Assembly (NCBI GenBank): GCA_045648045.1
Contig: JAZRNE010000037.1
Span: 4,721-68,720 of the forward strand
Origin: Christensenellaceae bacterium
Lineage (GTDB): Bacteria > Bacillota > Clostridia > Christensenellales > Borkfalkiaceae
Reading direction: 5' to 3'
Length of the DNA stretch: 64,000 nt
Position numbers and translations under genes: made by a program
The notes under the pieces: generated by a model
Told to the model about the DNA's origin: nothing
The model's database searches: none
The model's input: the letters and a program-made list of their open reading frames with translations, nothing else
Shown here: piece after piece, positions 8,452 through 17,319 of the stretch
How positions within the stretch are numbered: position 1 is the stretch's first letter
Layout: each line of letters starts with the position of its first letter

Positions 8452-9641
8452 TAGCAAAAGTAGAAAGCGCTTATCTTCAAGGCGAAATAAAAGCAATACC
8501 GTCAAAGTCTTACGCTCATAGAATAGCAATTTGCAACTATATTGCAAGCGGTGCGCTTTCAGGTGGTTGCGATAACTTCGTTTCAAACGACATTAAAGCA
8601 ACGCTCGATTGCCTTGAAAATTTAAGTAAAGGCAACACGGTGCTTGACGTGGGCGAATCGGGTTCAACGCTTAGGTTTATGTTGCCACTTTGCGCAGTCT
8701 TGGGGGGCCGGTACTCGTTTATTTGCCACGGCAAATTGTTAGAGCGCCCCAACGACGAATTGTTTTCGGTGATGCGCGCGCACGGGGTAAGCGTTGAGCA
8801 AACTGATAAAATCTATATCGACGGCAAATTGAGTTGTGGAAAGTTTAGTTTGCGTGGGGATATAAGTTCGCAATATATTTCAGGTTTGTTGATGGCGTTA
8901 CCTATTCTTAAAGGGGATAGCGAAATTATTTTAACGACACCGCTATGTTCTGTGCCATACGTTGAAATTACCCTAGAAGTGTTAAAAAGTTTCGGCGTTA
9001 AAATTGAGCGAACGAAAAACGGATTTAAGATTTTAGGTAATCAAAAATATCAAGGCGGAATTCGTGCCGAAGGCGACTGGTCTAACGTGGCGTTCTTTTT
9101 AGTTGGCGGTGCAGTTAACGGAAACGTTTGCATTTCGGGCGTAAATCCCGATAGCGTGCAAGGCGATAAGTTTATTTTGGATATTTTAAGGCTTGCCGGC
9201 GTTAATTTCACTATTGAAAACGACTGTGTTAAAGTTAATAAGAGCAAAGTTCAAGCGTTTGAGTTTTCGGCAAAAGATTGCCCTGATTTAGTGCCGATAG
9301 CGTCAGTTTTGGCGGCTTATTCGGACGGAAAGAGCGTTATTAAAGACGTTGAAAGGTTAAAGATAAAAGAAAGCGATAGAATTTTGAGCACTATTGAAAT
9401 GCTTACTGCGTTTGGCGTAAAGGCTGAAAGCGACGGAAAGAGTTTAATCGTTTACGGTGGTGAGATTGTTGGCGGTGCGGTTGATTCGTTTAACGACCAT
9501 AGATTGACGATGGCTTCTGCCATACTTGCTTTGGGTGCGAAAGGCAGTTCGGTTTTAAGACGAGCGGAAGCGATAAATAAGTCGTATCCCACCTTTTTTG
9601 AAGATTATGAAAAACTCGGAGGAGTTGTTGAATATGTTTAA
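8433..9641 (+). CDS. aroA: 3-phosphoshikimate 1-carboxyvinyltransferase (EPSP synthase)
   Basis: PSKSYAHR, GESGSTLRF, DHRLTMA. Exact start uncertain (an alternative in-frame TTG lies at 8448). Confidence 0.9.
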   Translation: MGVFKLIAKVESAYLQGEIKAIPSKSYAHRIAICNYIASGALSGGCDNFVSNDIKATLDCLENLSKGNTVLDVGESGSTLRFMLPLCAVLGGRYSFICHGKLLERPNDELFSVMRAHGVSVEQTDKIYIDGKLSCGKFSLRGDISSQYISGLLMALPILKGDSEIILTTPLCSVPYVEITLEVLKSFGVKIERTKNGFKILGNQKYQGGIRAEGDWSNVAFFLVGGAVNGNVCISGVNPDSVQGDKFILDILRLAGVNFTIENDCVKVNKSKVQAFEFSAKDCPDLVPIASVLAAYSDGKSVIKDVERLKIKESDRILSTIEMLTAFGVKAESDGKSLIVYGGEIVGGAVDSFNDHRLTMASAILALGAKGSSVLRRAEAINKSYPTFFEDYEKLGGVVEYV

Positions 9642-10710
9642 TGATAAACAGTTTTCGGTGTTTAACGGAAGAAAACTGCGCGTGGAAATTTTCGGTGCGT
9701 CGCACGCCCAAGAAATAGGCGTTATCGTAAACGGGCTAGACGGTGAAACGGCGGATTTTGAAGAGTTAGAAAAGTTTATGGCTAGGCGCAAGCCGAAGAA
9801 AACCGCTTATTCAACTAAAAGATTAGAAGACGATAAAGTGATAGTTGAAAAAGGGTTTGATGGGCAAACTTTTTCGGGCGAGTTTAAGGCGGTTATAAAA
9901 AATAACAGTCAAAGAAGTAGCGACTATAATAACGTTGTGAAAACGCCAAGACCTTCGCACGCTGACTTCGTTGCGTGGAGTAAGTACGGTGACGGGTTTG
10001 ATTATCGTGGCGGTGGTAAGTTTTCAGGCAGGTTGACAGCGCCTATGTGCATAGCGGGTGGCGTTGCAAAGCAAATCCTTGAAAAATTGGGCGTAAAAAT
10101 CAACGCGTACGTATCTCAAATAGGTACTGTTAAGGGAGAGAGTTATAAAGATTTAGGCGCGGATATTTGCGTTGGTAGTTTAGACGAGAATTTCCCGTTG
10201 CTAGACGAAGCCTTTAAGGAAGATATGTTTAAGACTATTGAAGACGCGCGTACGAACGGCGATTCGGTAGGCGGTATTATAGAGTGCGTAGTAGAAGGCG
10301 TGCCAGTGGGCGTGGGCGAGTATATGTTTGATAGTTTAGAAAGCGTTATCTCGCAACTTGCATTTGCAGTTCCCGCAGTAAAGGGCATTGAGTTCGGTGC
10401 AGGGTTTGATATCGTTAAGATGCGCGGAAGCGACGCTAACGACGCGTTTTATTACGACGGCGAAAGGGTAAAGACTAAAACGAATAACAACGGCGGAATT
10501 AACGGTGGGTTGGCAAACGGTATGCCTATAACGTTTAGGGTTGCTATTAAGCCGACGCCAAGTATTGCAAAAGAACAAGACACGGTAGATTTAACAAAAA
10601 AAGAAAACGTAAAATTAAAAATAGAAGGACGACACGATTCGTGCATCGTCCCAAGGGCCGTGCCGGTAATTGAAGCGATTACGGCGCTTGCGATTTACGA
10701 TAGTTTATAA
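9634..10710 (+). CDS. aroC: Chorismate synthase
   Basis: FGASHA, RPSHAD, GRHDSC motifs. Start chosen at the ATG 11 nt after ggagg and overlaps the aroA stop. Confidence 0.9.
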   Translation: MFNDKQFSVFNGRKLRVEIFGASHAQEIGVIVNGLDGETADFEELEKFMARRKPKKTAYSTKRLEDDKVIVEKGFDGQTFSGEFKAVIKNNSQRSSDYNNVVKTPRPSHADFVAWSKYGDGFDYRGGGKFSGRLTAPMCIAGGVAKQILEKLGVKINAYVSQIGTVKGESYKDLGADICVGSLDENFPLLDEAFKEDMFKTIEDARTNGDSVGGIIECVVEGVPVGVGEYMFDSLESVISQLAFAVPAVKGIEFGAGFDIVKMRGSDANDAFYYDGERVKTKTNNNGGINGGLANGMPITFRVAIKPTPSIAKEQDTVDLTKKENVKLKIEGRHDSCIVPRAVPVIEAITALAIYDSL

Positions 10711-10719
10711 GGTGATATT

Positions 10720-11865
10720 ATGAATTTAGAAGAAATAAGAACGAAAATTGACAATGTTGACGATAAAATTGCAACGCTTTACGCAGAGAGAATGGGACTT
10801 GTCAAACAAGTAGTTGAAGCAAAAAAACAAACGGGCAAAGCGGTTAACGACCCTGAAAGGGAAAAGAAAATTCTTTTAAGAGTTGCTGATTTGGTTGAAG
10901 AAGAACAACAAGTATACTTAAAGCGCGTGTTTGAAACTATTTTTGAAACGAGCAAAGCATATCAAACGATGAGTGCTGAAATGCAATCGGAAACGGGCGA
11001 TAAGATTAAAGGCGCAATATTAAAAGGCGAACTTAAATTCCCCGTAAAAGCAAAAGTTGCTTGCCAAGGTGTTGCAGGGGCGTATTCGGGGATTGCTGCG
11101 GACAAGTTGTTTGAATTTGCAGACGTTACCTATTTTAAGAATTTCGACGGGGTTTTCCAAGCGGTTGAAAAGGGCTTTTGCAAATACGGTGTGTTGCCGA
11201 TTGAAAACAGTTCCGCAGGTTCAGTAAATCAGGTTTACGACCTTATGAAAGAACATAAGTTCTATATCGTAAGAAGCGTTCGCCTTTCAGTTTCGCACAA
11301 TTTGGTGGTTAATAAGGACGTTAAAAAAGAAGATATTAAAGAAATTTATTCGCACGAACAAGCGTTAACGCAATGCAAGAAATATCTTGAACAATATAAA
11401 AATGCAACTATTATCGCTTGCCCGAACACCGCGGTAGCGGCGCGTACGGTAGCCGAAAGCGGTAGAAAAGACGTCGCTGCAATTTGTTCTAGGGAATGCG
11501 CGGAACTTTACGGTTTGAAACTTTTAGAAACCAACGTGCAAGATAGCGACAATAACTATACTAGATTTATTTTAATCACCAAAGATTTAGAGTTCTATCA
11601 GGGCGCTGACAAAATTAGTATTATGACGACGCTTCCGCAAAACGCGCCGGGCAGTCTTAACAAGTTGTTGTCAAAGTTCTCTAATTTAGGGATAAACTTA
11701 ACCAAACTTGAATCACGCCCGATTGTAGGCTCAAGTTTTGAATTTATGTTCTATTTTGACTTTAATTGTGATATAAAGCAAAAAGCCGTGCAAAATTTGC
11801 TTTGTGAACTTGATAATTCAACCGAACAATTTACCTTCCTTGGTGCATACGGAGAAATTATATAA
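10720..11865 (+). CDS. pheA: Bifunctional chorismate mutase / prephenate dehydratase (P-protein)
   Basis: N-terminal CM_2 helix domain (IRTKIDNVDDKI..ERMGLV). Followed by a PDT domain (ENS.AGSV, TRF) and a C-terminal ACT domain (ESRP). Confidence 0.85.
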   Translation: MNLEEIRTKIDNVDDKIATLYAERMGLVKQVVEAKKQTGKAVNDPEREKKILLRVADLVEEEQQVYLKRVFETIFETSKAYQTMSAEMQSETGDKIKGAILKGELKFPVKAKVACQGVAGAYSGIAADKLFEFADVTYFKNFDGVFQAVEKGFCKYGVLPIENSSAGSVNQVYDLMKEHKFYIVRSVRLSVSHNLVVNKDVKKEDIKEIYSHEQALTQCKKYLEQYKNATIIACPNTAVAARTVAESGRKDVAAICSRECAELYGLKLLETNVQDSDNNYTRFILITKDLEFYQGADKISIMTTLPQNAPGSLNKLLSKFSNLGINLTKLESRPIVGSSFEFMFYFDFNCDIKQKAVQNLLCELDNSTEQFTFLGAYGEII

Positions 11866-11866
11866 T

Positions 11867-13114
11867 ATGCAAAAATTTGGGCTTATCGGTAAAACCTTAA
11901 AACACAGTTTTTCAAAAAAAATACATCCGTATTTTGCCGATTACACTTACGACTTGATTGAAGTTCAACCTGAAAATTTATCGTCGTTTATAAAAGAAAA
12001 CGATTACGATGGGTTCAACGTTACTATTCCATATAAAAAGGACGTTATTGAATTTCTTGACGTGGTTGACGAAAGAGCGAAAAAGATAGGCGCAGTCAAC
12101 ACGGTTGTTCGCCGTAACGGAAAACTTTACGGATATAATACCGATTTTGACGGAATGGTTTATGCGTTAAATAGCGCGGGTATAAACTTAAAAGATAAAG
12201 TGGTTTTAATACTCGGTAGTGGTGGAACTTCTAACACCGCAAAGGCGGTAGCGGAGAGTTTAGGCGCATCAAGCATTAAAAAATTATCGCGCACGGGTGA
12301 GATTAATTATCAAAATTATAGCACGCTAGCAGGTGATGCGCAAGTTATTATAAACACCACCCCCGTCGGAATGTATCCCGAAAATTATTCGTGCTTGATT
12401 GATTTGAAAAACTTTGCTAACTTGTCAGGGGTGTTAGACGTTGTGTATAACCCTGCTCTTACCATGCTATTGAAACAAGCGAAAGATTTGGGCGTGCCGT
12501 ATGCTAACGGTCAACCTATGCTCGTTACTCAAGCCAAAGTAGCGTCCGAATTGTTTTTAGATAAAAAGCATTCGGATAAACTTATTGAAGAAGTTATCGG
12601 CAAACTCAAAATGGAAAATCAAAACCTTGTTTTAGTTGGTATGCCCGGTTCGGGAAAGTCAACGATAGGCAGGGCGGTGGCGGAACTTTTAAATAAAGAG
12701 TTTATAGATACCGACCAAGTTATCGAGCAAAAAGAAAATAAAAGCATACCGCAAATTTTTGCAGAATTTGGCGAAGATTATTTTAGAAAGATTGAGCGTG
12801 AAGTTTTATCGGAAGTTGGCAAACTTTCAGGCAAGGTTATTTCTACGGGTGGTGGAATCGTTAAAAACGCTGATAATTATTTTTATCTTAAACAAAACGG
12901 CGTTATAATTTGGATTGATAGGGATATTGAACTTTTGTCTTGTGAAAATCGCCCCTTGTCAAAAGATTTAGACGCAGTTAAAAAACTGTATAACGAACGA
13001 AAAGATAAGTACGCATTCTTTGCTGATGAAAAAATTTCAAACGACGGCTCTTTAGATAGTGCCGTAAAGGAGACGATAAAGGTTTATGAAAATTTTAGTT
13101 ATAAACGGACCTAA
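11867..13114 (+). CDS. aroE: Fused shikimate dehydrogenase (AroE) - shikimate kinase (AroK)
   Basis: N-terminal half has SKKIH..NVTIPYK..GAVNT..GSGGTS (AroE). C-terminal half has LVGMPGSGKSTIGR..DTD..GGGIV (AroK P-loop). Start at ATG 11867, 2 nt after the pheA stop. Confidence 0.85.
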   Translation: MQKFGLIGKTLKHSFSKKIHPYFADYTYDLIEVQPENLSSFIKENDYDGFNVTIPYKKDVIEFLDVVDERAKKIGAVNTVVRRNGKLYGYNTDFDGMVYALNSAGINLKDKVVLILGSGGTSNTAKAVAESLGASSIKKLSRTGEINYQNYSTLAGDAQVIINTTPVGMYPENYSCLIDLKNFANLSGVLDVVYNPALTMLLKQAKDLGVPYANGQPMLVTQAKVASELFLDKKHSDKLIEEVIGKLKMENQNLVLVGMPGSGKSTIGRAVAELLNKEFIDTDQVIEQKENKSIPQIFAEFGEDYFRKIEREVLSEVGKLSGKVISTGGGIVKNADNYFYLKQNGVIIWIDRDIELLSCENRPLSKDLDAVKKLYNERKDKYAFFADEKISNDGSLDSAVKETIKVYENFSYKRT

Positions 13115-13514
13115 TTTGAATATGTTGGGCGTTAGAGAAAAAGAACTTTACGGCTCGAAAAGTTACAAATCGCTCGTTGAACTTATTAAAAAATCGGCAA
13201 AAGAAAAAAGAGTAAAAGTTAAGTGTTTTCAATCAAATTACGAAGGCGCAATAGTTACGGCTATTCAAAAGGCATATAAAAAATATGACGGAATAGTAAT
13301 CAACCCAGGCGCATATACGCATACTAGCGTTGCTATTTTAGACGCGCTTAAATCGGTGAATATCCCGACGGTTGAAGTGCATATTACCGAAGTTAACGAA
13401 AGGGAAGATTTTAGGAAAATTTCTTTCGTTAAAGAATTTGCATTTAAGGCTATTACGGGCAAAGGATTTGACGGTTATCTTTTAGCAATGGATGAAATAA
13501 TCAACCTAAAATAA
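13086..13514 (+). CDS. aroQ: Type II 3-dehydroquinate dehydratase
   Basis: ILVINGPNLNMLG.RE...YG, NPGAYTHTS, EVHI.N motifs. Confidence 0.9.
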   Translation: MKILVINGPNLNMLGVREKELYGSKSYKSLVELIKKSAKEKRVKVKCFQSNYEGAIVTAIQKAYKKYDGIVINPGAYTHTSVAILDALKSVNIPTVEVHITEVNEREDFRKISFVKEFAFKAITGKGFDGYLLAMDEIINLK

Positions 13515-13540
13515 AATTTAATTAAATTTACAAACAAAAA

Positions 13541-13566
13541 ACTCCCGCAGTCAGCAGGAGTTTTTA
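13541..13566. terminator. Bidirectional terminator between aroQ and the convergent XRE gene
   Basis: actcc..ggagt hairpin flanked by an A-run and a T-run. Confidence 0.6.
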
Positions 13567-13806
13567 TTTTATTTCTTGTTCTAAATTGCTAAATTCGTCG
13601 GTGTTGAAAAACTCAATCAAGGTTATACCGAATCCATCGCAAAGCATTTTTAGTGTGGATATGCCGGGGTTAACGCTTTTTCCGTACAAGATGTTTTTTA
13701 TCGAAGACGGCGGAACACCAGATTCCATCGCGAGTTTGTGTATAGACATATTTTTTTCTTCGAGCAAAATTAATATTCTATTTTTAACTGCTTTGTAAAC
13801 GCTCAT
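13564..13806 (-). CDS. XRE-family helix-turn-helix transcriptional regulator
   Basis: HTH_3-type sequence MSIHKLAMESGVPPSSIKNILYGK.VNPGISTLKMLCDGFGITLIEFF. Start taken at the second Met. Confidence 0.8.
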   Translation of the reverse strand: MSVYKAVKNRILILLEEKNMSIHKLAMESGVPPSSIKNILYGKSVNPGISTLKMLCDGFGITLIEFFNTDEFSNLEQEIK

Positions 13807-13852
13807 ACAAATTCCCACACCTATATTATAGACTAATTATAGCCTAATATGC

Positions 13853-13897
13853 TTGACAAAGTGGGCTATATATGATACTATCGTCTATATATAGCCC
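13853..13897 (+). promoter_or_regulatory. Promoter of the LRR lipoprotein gene overlapped by a perfect 11-bp inverted repeat (candidate XRE operator)
   Basis: TTGACA (13853-58), 17 nt, TACTAT (13876-81). GGGCTATATAT (13863-73) and ATATATAGCCC (13887-97) are exact reverse complements. Confidence 0.55.
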
Positions 13898-13912
13898 AAA
13901 GGAGATTTTGAT

Positions 13913-15139
13913 ATGAAGGGTTTAATAAAAAAATGTTTATTATGTGGGCTTGCATCGGTTATGGTGTTTTGCACAACGGCGTGCAATAGTTCTCTTTTTG
14001 GGAAAGAAAAACACGAACACGAATATTCTTGGTATCTCGTAAAAGTGCCAACCTGTTCAAAAGCGGGGTTGATGGAAGGTATTTGTGAGTGTGGCGAAAA
14101 AACGTATAACGACTTGCAAGCAACTGGGCACGATTATATAAACGGTGTTTGTGGCGTGTGTGGGCAAAAAGAAGAAGATACGTTACAAAAAGTTGAACCA
14201 AATCAAGTAGTGGGGTTGACTTTATCGGGCGTGTATGAAAAATATAAGAATTTCGAAGACTGTACTTTTGAAACTTTCAAGAACAATTTAAGTGGAAACT
14301 ATCTTTCTAATTTAAAAATTGACGCTTTAGGCGTTTTGCATTGTGTTTATGAATACGGTTCAGAATTTAGTGCAGATATTATACTTCCGTCAATGAAAGT
14401 TGATTTTGAGTTGCCGGAAACAACAAATTTGAAAAATATTCTAAAAATAGGCTTTGAAGATAATAATTTCGTATGCACGCTCGTTGACGGCACGTATATA
14501 GAAATAGGTGAAATTGAAGGGATGACACTTTCGCCGCAAAAATTCGTCAGGTCGATTTTTATTAACAAAGAAAATCAATTAGGTGTCGTGTTTTCTGACG
14601 ATACGGTTAAAGTAATAGGTAAAATTGCCGACGTTGGCACGGCGATTAACGGTGCGCAACTTACTTATAAAAAGATTGATGGAAAACAAGAATATAAGGT
14701 TTGGTCTTGGGTAGATGATGACACCACGAAGATTGAAATTCCTGCAACGCATTGTGGCTTACCTGTAACTGAAATAGCGGACTATGCTTTTAAGGACAAT
14801 AAAAAAATAACTGAAATAGTTTTTAGTGAAAATATGAAGTCGGTTGGGCGCTATGCGTTTTCAGGATGTAGCGAATTAATCACCGTAAAATTTAATCAAG
14901 GTTTGAGAGAAATAGAGAATTTTGCGTTTTCAGAGTGTGGTAAATTGCAAAGAGTAATTATTCCAAGCGCGGTAGAAACTTGTGCGATAAGCGCTTTTTA
15001 TGGAACGAACTGCACGATTTACGTTGATATAGAAACAAAACCGTCGGGTTGGGATGCGAACTGGAGTGGCGATAATAATAGGATTTACTGGAAAGGCGAG
15101 TGGGAACTTATCAACGGCGTACCTACACCGAAAAATTAA
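13913..15139 (+). CDS. Lipoprotein with a Cys-rich N-terminal module and C-terminal BspA-type leucine-rich repeats
   Basis: Signal peptide with lipobox (VFCTTAC-N). C-terminal repeats of the type I.IP..V..I...AF..C..L..V. Confidence 0.7.
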   Translation: MKGLIKKCLLCGLASVMVFCTTACNSSLFGKEKHEHEYSWYLVKVPTCSKAGLMEGICECGEKTYNDLQATGHDYINGVCGVCGQKEEDTLQKVEPNQVVGLTLSGVYEKYKNFEDCTFETFKNNLSGNYLSNLKIDALGVLHCVYEYGSEFSADIILPSMKVDFELPETTNLKNILKIGFEDNNFVCTLVDGTYIEIGEIEGMTLSPQKFVRSIFINKENQLGVVFSDDTVKVIGKIADVGTAINGAQLTYKKIDGKQEYKVWSWVDDDTTKIEIPATHCGLPVTEIADYAFKDNKKITEIVFSENMKSVGRYAFSGCSELITVKFNQGLREIENFAFSECGKLQRVIIPSAVETCAISAFYGTNCTIYVDIETKPSGWDANWSGDNNRIYWKGEWELINGVPTPKN

Positions 15140-15241
15140 ATTAAAATAAATAAAAGCGCTTGGATTGTGGATTAGTAAATAGCGTTCCGCAGTTCAAGCG
15201 TTTTTTATTTTAAAAACGTTATAAATATATGGTAAAAATAG

Positions 15242-15270
15242 TTGACTTTATCACTTTACCGTGCTAAAAT
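15242..15270 (+). promoter_or_regulatory. Sigma-A promoter of the yerC-his operon
   Basis: TTGACT, 17 nt, TAAAAT. Confidence 0.6.
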
Positions 15271-15300
15271 GTTAAAAGATTAAAGTGTAGGGAGTTGGCT

Positions 15301-15585
15301 ATGGAAAAATTCAGCATTAAAGAGTATGATGATTTTTTTAACGCAATACTTAAACTAAACAACGTTGAAGAGTGTAGAAAGTTTTTTGAAGACGTTTGCA
15401 CTATTAAAGAATTACAAGATATTTCGCAACGCCTTGAAGTTGCAAAACTTTTAAAAGACGGGCAAAATTACCAAGAAGTTTCTAAAAAAACGGGCGCTAG
15501 CACGGCTACTATTAGCAGAGTTAATAAATGCTTAAATTACGGTAGCGGTGGTTACGGCTTGGTTATCGACGGTAAAGGAGAATAA
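15301..15585 (+). CDS. yerC: YerC/YecD-family TrpR-like DNA-binding protein (putative histidine regulator)
   Basis: ELQDISQRLEVAKLL..G..Y.E....GASTATISRV.K.L.YG is the family signature. ATG lies 6 nt after gggag. Confidence 0.8.
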   Translation: MEKFSIKEYDDFFNAILKLNNVEECRKFFEDVCTIKELQDISQRLEVAKLLKDGQNYQEVSKKTGASTATISRVNKCLNYGSGGYGLVIDGKGE

Positions 15586-15589
15586 AAAA

Positions 15590-16684
15590 GTGGACGGCAA
15601 ATTTATTACGGGTAAAGATAAAACGCTTTCTTCACTCTGCGCGCTTTACGCAAAGTGGGGCTTTAAGCAATACAAGATGAGCAAGTTTGAGCAATACGAC
15701 CTTTACGCTAAAAATAAAGACTTTTTGATTTCTGAAAACGTTATCACTTTTACCGATACTGACGGCAGATTAATGGCGCTTAAACCCGACGTTACCTTGT
15801 CGATTATTAAAAACGGTAAGGACGGCGAAGATATTTCAAAAGTTTATTATAACGAACACGTGTATAGGGTGTCTAAAGGTACGGGCTCGTTTAAAGAGTT
15901 TACGCAAGTCGGATTAGAGTGCGTTGGTAAACTTGACGATTACGCGCTTTCCGAAGTTATTTTTCTCGCAAGCAAAAGTTTAGAAAACGTTTCAAGCGAT
16001 TACGTTTTGGACCTTTCACACTTGGGTATCGTTAACGGCGTTTTAGACGCTTTTGATATTTCCGAATCGGGCAAGAAAAAAATCGTTGAGTTTTTAGGCG
16101 AGAAAAACGCGCACGGGGTAGGCGGTGTTTGTGAAAGTGAAGGGCTTAATAAAGAGCAAACTGAAACCGTTAAAAAATTAGTTACTCTTTACGGGGGGAA
16201 AGAAAAGGTTTTTTCAGAGTTGGAAAAAATCAACGTAAACGAGCAGACCGATATTGCAATTAAGCAACTCAAAAACGTGCTTGGCGCTTTATCAGCACTT
16301 GGCGTTGGCGATAAAATCAACATAGATTTTTCAGTTGTAAGCGATACGAATTACTACAACGGTTTGGTGTTTAAGGGGTTCATCAGCGGTATACCCGTGG
16401 CGATTATTTCGGGTGGGCAGTACGATAATCTTATGCAAAAGTTCAAAAGGCGCGACCGCGCGATAGGTTTTGCAGTTTATCTTGACGAACTTGAAAAATT
16501 GATAAACGCTAAGCCTGAATTTGACGTAGACGTCGTGCTTGAATACGCTGACGAAAAGAACGTTGTTAAAATTAATCAAGCGGTTAAGAGTGTTATCGAC
16601 GGTGGCGAAAGCGTGTTTGCTTGCGTTAAAGCACCCTTGAATTTGAAATATAAAAGGCTCGTTCAGTTGAAGGAGATTAAGTAA
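15590..16684 (+). CDS. hisZ: ATP phosphoribosyltransferase regulatory subunit
   Basis: HisRS-like catalytic core without an anticodon domain, immediately upstream of short-form hisG. GTG start 9 nt after aaaggag. Confidence 0.8.
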   Translation: MDGKFITGKDKTLSSLCALYAKWGFKQYKMSKFEQYDLYAKNKDFLISENVITFTDTDGRLMALKPDVTLSIIKNGKDGEDISKVYYNEHVYRVSKGTGSFKEFTQVGLECVGKLDDYALSEVIFLASKSLENVSSDYVLDLSHLGIVNGVLDAFDISESGKKKIVEFLGEKNAHGVGGVCESEGLNKEQTETVKKLVTLYGGKEKVFSELEKINVNEQTDIAIKQLKNVLGALSALGVGDKINIDFSVVSDTNYYNGLVFKGFISGIPVAIISGGQYDNLMQKFKRRDRAIGFAVYLDELEKLINAKPEFDVDVVLEYADEKNVVKINQAVKSVIDGGESVFACVKAPLNLKYKRLVQLKEIK

Positions 16685-17319
16685 TGAAAAAAATCTTGAA
16701 TGTGGCGCTCCCAAAGGGCAGGCTAGGCGAAAAGGTATACGCAATGTTTGAGGAAGCAGGCTTTCCTTGCCCGTCAATCAAAGAAAATAATAGAAAACTC
16801 ATTTTTGAAAATCAAGAAGTCGGCGTAAGATATTTTTGGGTTAAACCGTCCGACGTTGCAATTTACGTTGAGCGTGGTGCTGCGGATATCGGCGTGGCTG
16901 GTAAAGATATTTTGGTTGAATATCGCCCTGACGTTTACGAACTTTTAGACCTTGATATGGGCAAGTGCAGTATGGCGGTTGCCGCTAAATCGGATTTCGT
17001 TGACGATAGAAGTAAAACTTTGACCGTTGCAACCAAGTTTACTAACATTGCAAAGGCGTATTACGCAACGCAAGGGCGTGATATTGATATAATTCACCTT
17101 AACGGCTCTATCGAAATTGCACCTATTTTGGGGCTTTCAGACGTTATCGTTGATATCGTTGAAACGGGCACTACCTTAAAAGAAAACGACTTGGTGGTAG
17201 TTGAAAAGTTTATGCCTATTTCGGCAAGGCTTATTGCAAACAAGGCAAACTTTAAGTTTAAGAACGAAATTATAGAAAAAATTACTCGCTCGTTAGCAGA
17301 GCAAACGGTGTTAAAATGA
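16684..17319 (+). CDS. hisG: ATP phosphoribosyltransferase (short form)
   Basis: LPKGRL, GAADIGVAGKD, VETGTTLKEN motifs. Confidence 0.92.
   Translation: MKKILNVALPKGRLGEKVYAMFEEAGFPCPSIKENNRKLIFENQEVGVRYFWVKPSDVAIYVERGAADIGVAGKDILVEYRPDVYELLDLDMGKCSMAVAAKSDFVDDRSKTLTVATKFTNIAKAYYATQGRDIDIIHLNGSIEIAPILGLSDVIVDIVETGTTLKENDLVVVEKFMPISARLIANKANFKFKNEIIEKITRSLAEQTVLK

Noticed and set aside
16331-16777. 148-aa minus-strand ORF across the hisZ/hisG junction, and many similar 60-160-aa antisense ORFs inside aro, his, lon, groEL and yfcC genes
   Set aside because: All lie inside well-supported coding regions on the opposite strand or in another frame. None has a start signal or family resemblance.
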